A stretch of DNA of 64,000 bases from Camelus ferus (GCF_009834535.1 NC_045697.1:96350001-96414000); one strand, 5' to 3'. Counted from the first letter of the stretch, positions 1-14,353 are shown. Translations and numbers: made by a program. The notes: generated by a model not told the origin, from the letters alone.

Positions 1-87
1 AAATGAGTGGCTTACAAAAGAAGAAATTATTTTATAAAGCTGGAAAGGATGCTAGAAAACTTCAGTTCCAACTGTCCAACCGTATAG

Positions 88-200
88 TTTACAGTTGAAG
101 AAAATGAGGACAAAGATATTGAATTTCCCCAAGTCACATAGCTCATTAGTGACAAGGCTGGCATTGTAAATCCTTGGTTTTACAGACTAAGTCTGCTGAT
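88..200 (-). mobile_element. MIR SINE fragment
   Basis: tttacagttgaagaaaatgaggac...cccaagtcacatagctcattagtgaca resembles the reverse-complement MIR core. Confidence 0.55.
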
Positions 201-861
201 GTCTCTCATCTGCAGACCAAGCCCTTCGCTTGCTACTGATAGTGTCTCATAAAAATGACAAAGACTTGAGCTTTCTCTGCTTCTCTGCAGTGTTCATGCT
301 GAGTCCTGTGACTCACATGCTGATCTGCCTTTCTCCCTGGAAGCCTCACCAGTGTGGTGAAGACCCTGCACAGCAGGAGCTGATGCCGAGGATCAGACCC
401 ATCTATTAGAAAGATATGTAGACAGGAATAATCAACTCATTTCTTTGCCAATGAAAACCAAACCATTATTTTTAAGTCCAGTATTATGGGACTGTCTAAT
501 TATATACAAGAAGGGCAGAGGGCATTAATAATGTCAGTTTTAATACGCTGTTTTAAGGGTCAAATGAGTCAGCATAGCAAAATTGTCTGACATGTAGTAG
601 GAAATCAGGGAATATCAGTCCCCTCTTTATTATTCAACAGATGGATACAGACCAAAGAATTGAAATAACATTGAAATAACATTGGATAAACATAAACTAA
701 GGGGTCAGAACTATTGACAATATTTAGACAAAAGAGAAATTCAAGACATAACACTGACAGTTTCTCAGATGTGTCCAGTTTGTTGCATCGAGTGCATAAA
801 TAATTTGATAGTCATTGAATTTTAGGGCTGGAATAAAGCTTAGTAGGTACTTAATCTGAAT

Positions 862-1081
862 CAGGACTTTTCATCCTCGGCACTATTGAAATTTTGGTCC
901 AGACCTTTTTTTTTTTTGCTTGGCTGGGAGAGGGATTGTCCTGTCCACTGTAAGTTGTTCAGCAGCATTTCTGACCTCCACTCACTGGATGTCACTAACA
1001 CTCCCAAGCCCCAAGCTGTGATGACAGGAACGCGGCCAAATGTACCCTGAAGGCAAAACTGCCCCCAGTTGAGAACCACAT
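862..1081 (-). mobile_element. MER20 (hAT-Charlie MITE)
   Basis: Ends gcaaaactgcccccagttgagaaccac (reverse complement of the MER20 5' end CAGTGGTTCTCAACC-GGGGCGATTTTGCC) and starts with cctcggcactattgaaattttgg; ~220 bp. Confidence 0.85.
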
Positions 1082-1184
1082 GCCTGAACCATCATTTAAT
1101 TTATGAGAATTAGAAATATCAAGAATTTGGCTGGTGTCCTCTAAATAATCTATCAACTACAGTGAAGTGGATAAGAAATTACAA

Positions 1185-1360
1185 TGACCTAGGGAATCAT
1201 GTGGCTTTAGTTTGGGTTTTTCCTCTGCCTCTTTCTCTGAGTGTGACTTAGAATAATTCACTTACCTGCTATTGTCTCAATTCTCTCATTTAAAATAGGA
1301 AAAATATACTTCACCTGCCTTCATCATTGGATTCTGGGTGGATAAAATAGGATAGTGTTT
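1185..1360 (+). mobile_element. MIR SINE fragment
   Basis: gtgtgacttagaataattcacttacctgct...tctcaattctctcatttaaaatagg, a degenerate MIR core. Confidence 0.5.
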
Positions 1361-1523
1361 TTAAAGGTTTGGAGGCAACCCACCTCCGCACACAGGTGCC
1401 TGTGCACACAGATACACCTGTGTATTATTATCATCACTAATCTCAAATAGGAGCCAGATCTTAAGCCCAGTTGCCTTTGTGCATAATTTGATCCACTGAA
1501 GCAACACTTAGAGCTGCCTATAA

Positions 1524-1712
1524 AGCAGTATTATCAAGATATGTTTTAGCTACCACCTCCGTAAGAATAATGTGGCAATGCTTGCTAAAATGCAGATACT
1601 CAGGCCCATTCCCAGCTAATTTAATTTAAAAGTCTGGAGAAGACCTTTGAATTGGCATGGTGAAAGGATAACTTAGATGACTCTGCAGTTCTCTTGTTAT
1701 TTTGGAATCACT
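1524..1712. mobile_element. MER5-like hAT-Charlie MITE
   Basis: gcttgctaaaatgcagatactcaggccc and terminal ttggaatcactg are typical of MER5A/B. Confidence 0.5.
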
Positions 1713-1849
1713 GACAGGCCAATTGTTTTCAGGCATTTCCAAAATAGCTTCTGTGATTTCCAAGTGTTATTATTTCCAAGTGTTATTCCCCAGTTTATTG
1801 TTTTCCAAGCATCTTTTATTTGCCAAAAATATCTATTGACATACAGTTT

Positions 1850-2480
1850 TTACTAAGTCACTCCCTGCTAAATTCTCTCAGTGAGCCTTCTCCTCTCTGG
1901 TATAACATGCCAACACTCTAGCATGATAAGTTATCCTTCTATGATCTATTCCCTTCTATGATCTGTTCCCTTTTCTAAACTGATCAACTACATCTCCTAT
2001 ATCTTTTTTTGTTTTCATGTACCTCTCCCTTCCTGACTTTATCCTACCTTTCATAAATCACCCCTCCTGACATGCACACCCTAGATCTCACATTTGAGGC
2101 TCCTACAGTAGTAAACTTTCTGTAATTCCCAAACACAGGTCATTCTCACAAACACTGTGCTTTGCAAATGTTTGTACTCCACTATACACAATGTGAAAGC
2201 CTATCTAACTTTCTATCTCATGAAGCACTCTACAGCTAGATGCTCTTACCTAACTTCTAAAGTAACCCTATACACATTCCCCAGTACTCCTGCTCTTTTT
2301 AAATTCATCAAGTATTGGTAGTAGCATAGTGTGTGTGTGTGTGTGTGTGTGTGTGTCTCCATGGACCACAGGGTTCACTGATGCCAGAAACAGTACATTT
2401 CCATTCGATTATTTTGTATATAGCACCATAGTTGGCACATAGTGAAGATTCAATAAATACTTGTTGGAAAAATAAATGGT
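1850..2480 (+). mobile_element. L2 LINE 3' fragment
   Basis: Ends ggcacatagtgaagattcaataaatacttgttgg, the L2 3' terminus; pyrimidine-rich body. Confidence 0.55.
2329..2356. repeat. (GT)14 microsatellite
   Basis: Read directly from the sequence. Confidence 0.95.
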
Positions 2481-4261
2481 GCTGTGAGTAATACAAATAC
2501 AACTGAGATAAAATAGTAGCTCAAAAAACTTGCAAAGTAGTGAGTGAGATGATTATAACTGTAAATAAATATGAAATAGAATGTAATGAGTACCCCACCA
2601 TCTTAATGGTACAATATTATGGGAGCACAGAAACCTTTGTTCTTTTCTATGTCCAGCTAGATCCAAAAGAGTTCTTTTGTAAAGTGATTGATTATAGTAT
2701 CTCATTAATCCATGCATAGCTGTTTTCTGAAGAGAACATGGTGTTAATCAACTGTCATTATAATATATTTTTAAAATATTGATTTCAGGATTATCTCAGC
2801 CACAGGAATGGCCTTTTCCAAAAAGAATTATTTTCCTACTTCTTTCACCACTAATATCTACTTCATATTGTGATAATATTGTCTCCTTGGTATAATGCTC
2901 TGCATTATTCTTATTCCAAACTTTAACCTCTCCTGCCTAAATACTACATAATCACACCAGAACTAATCTCATGTTTCCCATAAAGCAGAGGCACTATGTA
3001 AATCTGATTTTCTTCTGAGGTCCCTGCAACTTTTAATTAACAAGATTTACTTATCACCTACTCTCTGTTGAACAGTGAGTGGATATAAAAGTAATTAAAG
3101 AGATACCTTTTGAACAATTTGAGTATACACTTAAGCACAAGAGCTTCAAATAAAAGAAAATTACCTCCAGACTGATGTGGTTAATATCTCTAATTCTCTC
3201 CAATTTGGATATGTTTTCAATTCTTGTGAAAGTTTCCTTTTTTTGTCTCTTATTCAGTCAAACCAACAGTTTCCAATGCAATCGTACTGTCATCTCTTAA
3301 TCTCATATCAAATAAATATTGTATTATAACATGAGATTGAATGCTACAGAAATGCATATCTGTTAGTATTTACTCAGCATAAATAAATAGATAACATGAA
3401 TTTATTTAAATAACCTACATTATAATTTCATTTTATATCTTCACCTAGCAGACTTTTTAAAAGTTTTCATTAATGGGTCATATGCTTTGTTAAAGACAAA
3501 TCATTCATGAAATAATCATTCATTTATCAAAGTTACACATGACTCTTTTTAAATATTCCCATGCAAAAAAAAAAAAACTCTCAAGTCTATAAAGCAGGAA
3601 AAATAGTAGACATTTTGTTTCTAGTTGATATATAAAAAGAGAAAAAAATCATCTTATTATATTTAATAGTTATTGAGAAGCAACAGGGAACATTTGCATT
3701 TACAGAAAGTACCTTCAAGTGCTTGCTTAGAACTTTCTTTTTTTTATCAAAGATACCGGTCAATACTTTATAGCTTTTCTGAGCTTATGCATTCTGATCA
3801 AACTTTGGAATATAAAAGATTAAACTTCTCAGCTAATTACATGCCTGAAGGCACATTAACAATGCAAGTGTCAATGCTCTGTTAAAAATTCATTTTGCAT
3901 TTTTAACACAGTCCTGATAGCAAAACTTTGAAGGCAACAAAGTGGAAAGAGTTATAGTCTTATTTTAAAAGATAGCCTAGGAACCTTGAGAAATTGGAAC
4001 TTCATTATTTCACATTATGGAAAATATCAGAGGTAGTATGAAATCAAAATGAATTTTTACATACTTAAAAATTTCATGGATCATTGAACTTCAGCGAGTT
4101 GGACCTAAGAATCTTTTGGCCCCACCTTTTCATTTCACTATTGAGATTATTAAAGCATAGATTTTGACTTGTACAAGAATAGACAGAGAGCTTTCCACAG
4201 TATTGTTGCCCATTAACATTGCAGAACCTATTTTGTAATATGTTTGAAATATGTGCTTCCA

Positions 4262-4665
4262 GTTACGGACTGAGTTGTGTCCCCTACAAAACTGTGATGA
4301 AGCTCTAACCCTCTAGCTCAGAATGTGACTGTATTTAGAGACAAAGCATTGAAAGAAGTGATTACATTAAAATGAGGCCTTTAGGGTGGGGCCTAATCCA
4401 AATTGACCAGTGTCTTTATAAAAAGAGGAAATTTAGACACACAGAAAGATACTGGGGGTGCATGCACACAGACGGAAGACCTTGTGAGGGCGCAGGTGAA
4501 GGCGGCCATCTGCAAGCCAAGGAAAGCAGCCTCAGAAGAAACCAAACCTGCTGATACATTGGTCTTGAAATTCCAGTCTCTAGAACCATGAAGAGGAAAT
4601 GCATTTCTGTTGTTTGAGCCACCCAGTCTGTGATACTTTGTTATGGTAGCCCTAGTAAACTAAGT
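4262..4665 (+). mobile_element. MLT1B-like MaLR solo LTR
   Basis: gaaggcggccatctgcaagccaaggaaagcagcctcagaagaaaccaaacctgctg and terminal tttgttatggtagccctagtaaactaa match MLT1B. Confidence 0.85.
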
Positions 4666-6049
4666 CATTGCTTAAATTATGCAAAATATAGTGTACATTT
4701 TGTGATAGAATTCTAGATTTTTTAAGTTTAATTTTTTAAGTTTACCCATTCTACAGAACTCTGAGTTTGCATCAAAACATTCAATCTGACATGAAAAGAT
4801 TTTATTGTCTTAGATTAAGGGAAGCAATTTCCAGTTTATACTGAAGAATGTGTTGCATGAAATAACCAGCAAAATAAAACTGAATTTGGTGTGTGGGCAG
4901 ATGAAACTTGAAAATTACAAATAGAGTTGCATGTGCATCATAATTGACTACATGACAAAAGTAGAAATCATTACGAAGGTCAAAATGATAAATTGAATTC
5001 TATGTATTTCATTTTTGACATTTTTGAAAAATATCAAAAATGTGTTATTTATCCAACTTTAAGTTAGAACCACTAATTTATATTTGTAATTTTCGTATTG
5101 ACATAGTATGAACACAATACTAAGTTTCAAATTTTTTCAAATAAAAATTCTTAAAGAAAATGGAATTTCTGTCTTTATGAAATTATGAAAGAAGCTACTT
5201 TAGTGAAAATAAATTTTGGCTTAAAGAAAGAAACCTCAAATTATATTATCCCTTAATTAGCAGTATGATTATGAGTACATGGCTTCCTTTTTCTGGCCTC
5301 AATTGCCATACACCTAAAAGGATTATTCTAAATGATCTCAGTATTTATTTTTTGTCCTAAAATTCATTCTGTGCTGAAGATAATGTTATTAGAAGAGTTA
5401 TTTCTGACAGTTGAATACAAAAATAGCCAATAGTCTACCTTGGGGAAAAAGATAGTCTTAGGAGAAAAAAGTAAACCTCTTTAAGTTCTGTATTCTGTAA
5501 TCTTCTTATGAATCAGAAAGAGAAAGAGTGAGAAATTGGCAGGTGTTTAATTCTTTAAGACCCTTGCACCAATAATTTTCTCAAGGCATTTCCCAGGCTT
5601 TGCTGTGACAGAGCCAAAGTGCACCTCGATGCTGTCTAATGAGACTGCTGTTCACCAAACTGAAAAATGTATTTTGCACCTTTTTTTCCCCCTACAGTTT
5701 CCTACAGATGTGACAGAGCAAGTGAGGGCAGAATTATAAACAGTTGCTGTAGGAAATCACTGAGAGATAAAAAAAAAAAAAAAGTAAATGTTTTCTTAAG
5801 CAGTTGCTCTTTATGCACTTAACTTCACCAGCTGAAGTTTTACTTGGTCAGAATACTCAATCATAAATAGCTGTTGATACAGCATGGAGAGGTTGAAGGG
5901 GAGAGTTACTGATTCTGAGTGGACATAATTTTAAATGACAAGAAATTTGGCCTAAGAGGTAGGATCTGTGTCTTGACTTTGCAAGTAATTTAATAATGAT
6001 GAGCTCTCGAATCAATAGCAGCCACAATTTAATATATATAAAATAAGTA

Positions 6050-6265
6050 GTTCATTCAAGTATTCAGTAAACATTTGTTGAGGACACAGAGGTGCCACAC
6101 ATTTGTGCTAGTTTCCTGAAATCAGAAAAATGAAAGAAAGCTTCAGTTCAGTAATGGAGACTGAGAAGTAAAATGATAATTGCAACCCCTGGGAAGGACT
6201 GTTATGACAGAGGTTTGCATGCTATTCTGTGGAAGTGAGGAGCATCTAACCCAGCCTGGAGGAAA
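6050..6265 (-). mobile_element. L2 3' end fragment
   Basis: ttcattcaagtattcagtaaacatttgttgag is the reverse complement of the L2 tail. Confidence 0.55.
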
Positions 6266-6442
6266 ATAATATTGCAAGTTTCCAGTGTCACTGGATTTTG
6301 TGCTGAGTGTAGAAATATCTTCATGGCCTATCTATACAGAAGCATTAAGGGAAAGCAGATTAGTGTGCACAAAAGGATTGCACAGAATAACTACCAGGAA
6401 AGACTGAGTGTGATACTGGCGTTAATATTTGTGTCCTGTAAG

Positions 6443-6944
6443 TGTAACCAAGCAGACTTCTACGGGGCCTTCCAGGACAGACACCTCCCCCATATCCTCT
6501 GCTTTGGCTCCTTACTGAAGTTTCAAGATAGTAGTTTCTGATGCACATATCCTGAGTTGCTTTACCGATTCAAAAACCCTCCACCAAATGGAAGACATTA
6601 ACTACTTGATGACCATGAGTACGTAGCCCCCAGACCCAGCCTAAGGATTGATAATGTCAGCCTTGTGACACTGCCCTACTACCTCACCATCAACCAGTCA
6701 GAGAATTGTGCACCAACTGATCACATACACTGCAACTCCTCTCCCTCATCTGACATTTAAAATACTTTGCTGAAATGCAACAGGGAGTTCGGGTGTTTTG
6801 AGCACTAGCTGTCCCAGACTCCTTGTACAGTGCCCTGCAGTACACACTGTGCTTTCCTGCTTTCCTTCACCACAACCTGGTGTTAGCAGATTGGCCTTAC
6901 CATGCGGGGGAGAGCAGACCCAAATGTGGTTTAGTTAAGTAACA
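6443..6944 (+). mobile_element. ERV solo LTR (probably ERV1 class)
   Basis: TGTAAC...GTAACA termini; ~500 bp GC-richer block with a TATA-like tttaaaa; no clean TSD seen. Confidence 0.65.
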
Positions 6945-8984
6945 AGTTTCCATCCAAATCTAATAGGCTGTTAAAAACATTTTCAAACATGTATTTGAAA
7001 CACACAAATAAAAATCCCAGAAGTATGTAGTCCACAAATGTCTGGATAAAAAATAAGGTGGAGGTATTAGAAAAAAATCTGCCCTGCCAACATGTCTAGA
7101 AAGAATTCATTTTCTAGCACATTTTCTAGCCCTTCCAAGAGGGAGGACCTGGACTGTGCCACATTGTATCCTGTGTTCTTGGTTTACCTCCAAACACCAT
7201 GAAATATTGTGGTGAGATAAACTATAAATGAGTAAATCAGTACGCAGTTCTCCCAGTTTCCTCTGCGTGCCGCATGCTGTAAATGCCATGTTCTCAACCC
7301 TGCTTGCTTCAGTTTTCCCATATTACCAGATATGATCAGTTCACTGTTTGTGTACGAGCACAAAGACCATAGAATTCTCTAGTGCTGTGGAGGGCAGTAT
7401 TTTGGCTGTGAAGTGAGTGAAGCATGTGATTTAAGCCACTGCATTTACTTTGAGGAGTAAATGATGGCCATGCAAGGAGAGGAGTGTCTGTGAAAGCAGT
7501 AGCAATTCCAGCAGAGCACATGTGGGAAATGAAACTATTACTGCTTCAGCCTCGTTAGTTTTTGTCACCACTTACTACTTTCCAAGAAAGATTCTGAGCC
7601 TGGAGAATATACCTACTCTTACTGGTATAGAGTGTACATTGTTTGTAAAAAACACAAAGTATTACTGGACAGGGTCTCCATCCGAGGCAACGTATTTTAA
7701 CGAAGCATCTAACTTAGGATCATTGGAGAGAAGTTGTCCTGTTCAGATTCTCAGCAAGAGGACTGAATGGATAGATGGGGAGATTTTTCTGGCCTGTGTT
7801 TGTGCATTAGGTCATCTAAACAAATGCTTATTTCATATAAAAAAATCAATAGCAAACCTAATGGATGTGGGAAAAGAGTATGCTCTCTTTCTGTTTTGTG
7901 TGTGTGTGTGGTGGGAGTTGGGTAAGGCGGAACAGTTGGGTAAAATGGCTGATTTTTAAGTTGTTAGCCCTCATCTTCCTCCCTGACTTGTTTTATATCC
8001 AAGTAACTTCATAAAAGAGTTCTCTGAACTCTAAGCCCTAAGGTAGGTTTTAATTCAAATTGCTCTGAGAACATATGCTTGATTTTGTAATAAGCACTTT
8101 AAACAATTTCCATGTAATGCTGTTATTTTTCCTTTGTGTAGTATAAAATACTAAAATTATCTTTTATCCTTAATTTCATTCACATATCTGGTCACATTAA
8201 TTGGGTTATATAGTAAACATCTAGTTAGTACATAATTTTGATGTCACATATAAACTAAATGCTGTTTTTCCTTAAAATTCAGGGTTTTACTGACTCAGTA
8301 TTAATATCTATATATATGATTTAAAAAGATTATCTTAAGCATGAAAACATATTCTATGGGCCTGAATATGCTAACTGTATAATGGATCCATTGTGAATAA
8401 AGCAAATATGTTTTCTTAAGCCCAGAATTATATTCCTCTTCTGAGGTTTATTTTGTCTTCTTAAGCAGAACTATAATATATCATAGTGAGATTCTGATAT
8501 CCTTGAACAAGGCTGTTTTCTCAAACATTAACTCTCCCGCTTTACATGAAACTACTCGGTATGTTCATTTGAGAATAACATTGACCTTTTTCACACTGGT
8601 GCTACACTACCACTTCCTATTTAATTCATTACCACCCCTTGCCTTTCTCTGATTCCTATTTTTTTTAACAAGATTTCCACCCTCTAATTTGAAGCCATGT
8701 CTCCTGTTTAAGAAATTGTCTGAAGCAGTGATCCACATTAACTTTTCAGCAGGTTTGTGACTTCCAGTTTTTAAATTTCCTGTGTTTCTCTTACTTGAGA
8801 AAAACACAGAGTAATAAACTTGACTAGAAATAATTTCCAGTGTAGGCACAAATTCCTGGATTTTCAAGAGATCAGAGTCAATTTTTTTCACATCATATCC
8901 AGAAAGAGAATTCAACGAATGTTCTGTTGTAACAAAAGTATCCTACAGTGAAGTGGCCCAAGTACAAAAGAATTTTATTGGTCT

Positions 8985-9232
8985 CTTATGGAAAAGGCCA
9001 TGTCTGCAGCTGGTCAGGATAAATGCTTCTACACCATCCGTCATACAGGAGCCCTGATTCCTTCTATCTTGTTGCTGTCTCATCCCTGTCCCGGGGTTGT
9101 GCTCAGGTGCACAGGTGACGCTGCTCCCACTGTCATGTTCACATCCCAGCCTGTAGGAAAGGGAAAAGGGAGGAAGTACAAGGCAAGCAATATCCTTATA
9201 AACATGCACTCAGGGAGTACATACATCACTGT
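8985..9232 (-). mobile_element. MLT1J/K-like MaLR LTR fragment (target of the ERV insertion)
   Basis: ttccttctatcttgttgctg...cacatcccagcctgtaggaaagggaaaaggg...acatacatcact resembles the MLT1J/K reverse complement. Confidence 0.55.
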
Positions 9233-9549
9233 TGTTGCCGAGTCCAAACTCATTCTGCTCGCTGCACGACAGGCCAGTAAATCGGAGACGAGGTGTTGGG
9301 GCAAGGAAGAAAGCCGGAAGACGGAGAGGATGGCAGACTAATGTCTTGGAGAACCACCCTGCTCTAGTCAGAATACAGGTTCCTTTTATACAAAAAATAA
9401 GGGAGGGGGAGGGAAAATAAGGGAGAGGATATGGTTGATTGTTGTAATCTTCTTGCTGCAGGCATTCTTTGTTCTTGCAGCCATCCCCGTGGGCTAGGTC
9501 ACGGTGTCCCTGTAAACCTCCAACAAAACAAAGGTTATTCTCTACTACA
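9233..9549 (-). repeat. 3' LTR of the provirus (317 bp, poly(A) signal deleted)
   Basis: Aligns to 14354-14685 with 17 substitutions (manual count) and a 15-bp gap. Confidence 0.92.
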
Positions 9550-12500
9550 ATTCCCCACTATCCATGTCCATTCCACAATCTTGTGGGAAAGGGGGCGATG
9601 ACTGCTCTGGCTACTTCCTGCTCAAAAGGGGCGATGAGGGGGTGATTATAGAATGGAATTGATCAGCTTTGGTCAGGGAACATTCCTGGGCATTTTTAGT
9701 CAGTAGTATAATCTCTCTTTCTTTTTTTTTCCTCTTTCTCTTTATTTACAACTATTTGATCCTGATAAAACTCCTTGGTACTTTGTTGAACTTGGGGTTT
9801 TGGTTCCCCATACATATCTATTAATGTTATTTTTTTCCACTGTACCGTAATTGTACTAGATTCCTGTGCTATTTAGTTCATCTGAAGACTTAGAATGGTG
9901 TCATGAAGCCTCCAGGCGACCAGTTCTACAGAGGCTAGCGGTTGTCACTCTTTCCTTCTCTTTATCTTATAAGCACCCAGGGTGTGGTTTTCTTGGTAAT
10001 TCTAGCTATTTTGTAAGGTTAAAGTCCTGTGACCTTCTCCCTGGAGATCGACTCAGAAACCAAGCATGATTATAGCTTTTGATTACTGGAATAAAGTAGA
10101 AACAGTAAGATCAATAACTTTAGTTTTAACAGTGGGTCTGGAACTGTGAGTAGCAACTGGTCAGTCAGATCAGTTGACCGTTTTAAGGGCAAGCATAAGA
10201 ATAAGCAATTTGTTAGCCTAAGTGCAGCCATTTTATTAATCCTCCTTCAAAATCCCCACTGTCAGTTTCTCTAATTCCATTTCTTGGAAATAGGGAGATG
10301 GGCATCGTGTTCCTGCTGAAAGGGGGCGTTGTTTGGGGCCCTTGAAATGGAATGAGCGAACCTGATCTTGCCATGTGGCTGGGGGTTCAGAAAGAGCCTT
10401 AGCTGCTCATTTCCTGTACATTAGACAAGGAAAAACAGTCTGAATATTAGATATATACCAACTCCTGGTAACAGAAGTGGTAACAGAAACTGTAGAATTC
10501 CCATAAGAATGGATTTGAGACCTTGGGGTATCCATGAAAAGAGACCAGAAAACCAGGTATTAACTTGGGTTATAACTTTTCACACATACAATCATTGGTC
10601 TCGTACAGAAGTATATATCTGGTCTACTGTTTTAAGTTACCTAGTCATTATTTTATCAGAGGCTCAGTCACACAGTTGATAATACAAGAAATAATAATTA
10701 TGTAAAACAGGCAAAGTACAAATAATATAGTTAGCAGTATTAGTAAGGTCATAAGTGAGAATTTAAGCCAAGAACTATCACTAGGTGCTTACAAAAGTAT
10801 AGTTTACCAAACTGCTATAAGTCATAATTAGCTTGAGAAGAAGGACTTCTTTATATCTGGAGAACACAGATTAAAAGGCAGTAATATTTCAGACAAAACC
10901 AAAAATTATAACCATATTCATCAGTTTATTTAGTCCCATGTAACTAATCCTTCTTTTGTTAACAGTTTTATGAACTCAGTTTCCATCAGACTTTTAAAAT
11001 TTCTTACCCAGTTTAGTTCATTGCTGTAGTTTGAAATTAGAAATCAGTAAATCTCCTTGAAGAGAAAGCATTATGCAAAAGCATCAGAATAAAACAATAA
11101 CTGTCTATAAATGACAAAAGACCTAAAAGCATGGTTAAGCACCTAGTTACACTGTAATCAATAAAGACATCTGGTCATAATAACCAGAATTATGACTGGT
11201 AACATTTCAGACATACCAGATTCTTAGGGATTCCATATAATTTCTAGAATATCTATATTAATAATATTTTTATACATTATAACCTAGGAAGATTTATTAT
11301 TCATTTGACAATACTTCCCATGTTGTTTAGCATACCAAGTTAAACTTACTAGTTTAAAATCTCTCTTTGGGATGTTTCAGGGGCCCTCTGAAGCATCCCA
11401 GATTTAGCTGGAGGTCAAAAGAATTCTGATTAAAATTTGATATTTGGGAAGCTTGTTAAAAAGTTTCAAAATAGTTGGTCAGATAAAAGTATAGGTCACT
11501 GTGAAACAGTACTTATTCATTAACAATAAAAATATTTCAAGAGTAAATACAGAACAGATCACTTAAGAGGTAAAAGAAACTTTACAATCTGTACTAAGAA
11601 GCAGATTAACATTTTAAGATAACTTTGTTCTCTCAACAGAGAGAAAGAGAACCAAATCTAGTCATCTTGTACCAGCTTACTTTTAAGATTTATTTAATTA
11701 ACTAAATTTATTTTAAACTTAGCCAATCCTGACCATGTACAAAATTATTTTCTTCAGGGTTTCTCTTTCACAAACCTTTTACAATTTTCTCTATCTATAT
11801 TATTTTGGCCCTTATTTTCTTTTTCATTCAGAAGCAACTAGGCTTAGGACAAAGTCACTCTTTTTTCATTAACAAAATATAATTCCATTCCTTATGCCTT
11901 CTTTCACTGAAAACATTCATCTTACTTTCCTAGCATACTGAGATGTTTCCCTTAGTAGTAGAGAATATTTTAGGGTGGCACCAAACATTTGTTAATACTC
12001 ATTTCTAAATATCTTTAGTTTTCCTATAAAAGGAAGTCAATATTCAGCAATTAATGTTTTGATATCTTATTTTATCTGAAAATAACCTAGCTATTTAATA
12101 AACTTCCATCATTTAACTTAATTTAACACAACTCTAAAATTTTAAGTTACCAAATATCTGGGGAGATCATTTGAGTGGACATTCCTGAAATAATAATTCC
12201 TTAAAGTTTACCCAAAATATCTTTCTCATTTACATTTAAGTTACTTATGAGAATATTATCCCAAGTTGTTTTTCTTGCTGACTAATTTGTAACAGATATG
12301 ACAGTGTTTTATTGAACTTCTATTAAACCTAAGTACAATAGAAATTCTATGCTTAACGTTAATGAATCTTGAGACATGTCTATATTAATTGAACCAATAG
12401 GCTTAAGTTAGCTTCAAATACCAGGTAATCGATTCAGTACTGAGTATTTTTTTAGATCACAGGAACCCGATTTTCATTCTGGCCAGTTTCTTTTATATTT

Positions 12501-13503
12501 CTGAGTTATTTATATAAGCATTTAATTTTCTTTAAGCCAATTAAATAGGGCTCTTTTACAAATTAATTTTGGCAATGCCACATATCTACAACACACATAT
12601 AGGTATGTACAAACACAGAAACACAGAGACCTCATAGTTCCCGTTTTAAACTTTTAGCTATGAATCAGATACAGCAATGTAAGACTCATCAGTTACAAGA
12701 GGTTGGATTCAAATTGGGTTTTTGGCAGATGAACAGAACAAATCAAAGTTGCCTGTGTAGATAGCTAAACATTTTTACTAACTTCTGTGGAAGACATTTA
12801 GTATTTCTATTTGTTTCCAAATTACTCCCTTTTTCAAGATTTGCATTCCAAAGGTCATAACAGCTGTTGAGTCATTGGCATTGGGATAGAAGTTTAGAAG
12901 TTACAAAGTCCACTAGTTGAGACCCCACTGTCAGTTTTTCCTAAGGCTCTTGGGTGGCAGTTGTTATAGGGGGTCTTTAAAATGGCTAGAGGCCTGGGCC
13001 CTGTCAGTTATTACCTTCCTCATTATGGGATTTCGTAAAGGCTTATATATGTGGTATTTCTTCCTATTTATCTTTTCTCTGGCAAAACAGTTCTAACTGG
13101 AGAATGGTTTAGTCATTTTCAGGCCAGTGTTTCTCAGAGCCTAAAGTGTACATTACTCAAACAGTATTACAGTAAAATACCATCTTTTTCTTAGTCATAG
13201 GCTCACAGCTATATTTTCCTATTTATTTAAGACACACCCCAAAGGGCTTTCCTTAGGGTCAGATGGAGTATTTCCCACATCTATAAGTTTAAGAACAATA
13301 AGACACAAAAGGCGCAAACAAACCCCAATACCAAAAACACAAAGTATAACTTAACTAAACACAAACTGAAGTCATCTTTCCCTTAGGCATGGGTTCATAG
13401 CTGTATGTAATCAGACCACAAATTCAAAATGTGCCTCAAAGAACCTTCTTTAGGGATAGTTGAAATGTTCCCTATCTTTTTTTTAAGACAAGAATACAAG
13501 ACA

Positions 13504-13944
13504 CGACAACATAACGCTATTTGCAGCAACATGGATATTCCTGGAGAATGTAATTCTAAGTTAAATAAGCCAGAAAAAGAAAAATACCATATGAGATCAC
13601 TCATATGTGGAATCTAAAAAATAACAAAAACAAAAACAAACAAACAAAGCATAAATACAAAACAGAAACAGACTCATAGACATAGAATACACACTTGTGG
13701 TTGCCAAGGGGGCAGAGGGTGGGAAGGGATAGACGGGATTTCAAAATTGTAGAATAGATAAACAAGATTATACTGTATAGCACAGGGAAATATACACAGG
13801 ATCTTATGGTAGCTCACAGAGAAAAAAATGTGACAATGAATATATATATATTCATGTATAACTGAAAAATTGTGCTCTCCACTGGAATTTGACACAACAT
13901 TGTAAAATGATTATAAATCAGTAAAAAATGTTAAAAAAAAAAAA
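13504..13944 (+). mobile_element. Young 5'-truncated L1 3' end (camelid-type), nested in the ERV
   Basis: ORF2 C-terminus/3' UTR (gcagcaacatggatattcctggagaatg...), poly(A) tail, perfect 14-bp TSD aagaatacaagaca at 13490-13503 and 13945-13958. Confidence 0.92.
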
Positions 13945-14331
13945 AAGAATACAAGACAAACAAAACACAAATAACACATACAAATGCAAGCATCCAGAGA
14001 AACAAATGAACCAGTTCCAAATTGGGTTAAAGTCTAGCAACTATTTCCTCTCACCAACAGGGTACCCCACTAAAACAAATTGGATTATTCCAGAGAAAAA
14101 GCCCAAATGGAGAGGAGTAAAGTTCCTGGCTGTACACACCAGAGAGACTTACCCTACTGTATGGAGCCCATCAGCCCCCAATTGTCGATTCCTTCCTCCA
14201 ACTGCCAAGCGCTGGGGCAGCGGGTGCCGGTTCAGGGCATTTAGAGGGGAAGATCCTCAGTGGTCCTGGCAGCTGCTAGGGCCTCACCTGAAAATTCCCC
14301 AAACGGAGCCAGCTGGCCACTAGCAGCAAGG

Positions 14332-14350
14332 CTCCTGGCTGCCTTGGCGA
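14332..14350 (-). promoter_or_regulatory. Degenerate primer-binding site, tRNA-Arg(ACG)-like
   Basis: Plus strand ctcctggctgccttggcga vs the tRNA-Arg(ACG) 3' end CTCCTGGCTGGCTCGCCA; lies 3 nt from the 5' LTR. Confidence 0.65.
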
Positions 14351-14353
14351 AAT

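Noticed and set aside
7522..7959. Longest ORF in the track (145 aa)
   Set aside because: GTG start, no recognisable domain, runs through a (TG)n repeat; consistent with chance.
9232..9420. Similar ORFs at 9232-9420 and 14260-14556 suggesting a duplicated gene
   Set aside because: They are antisense readings of the two LTRs.
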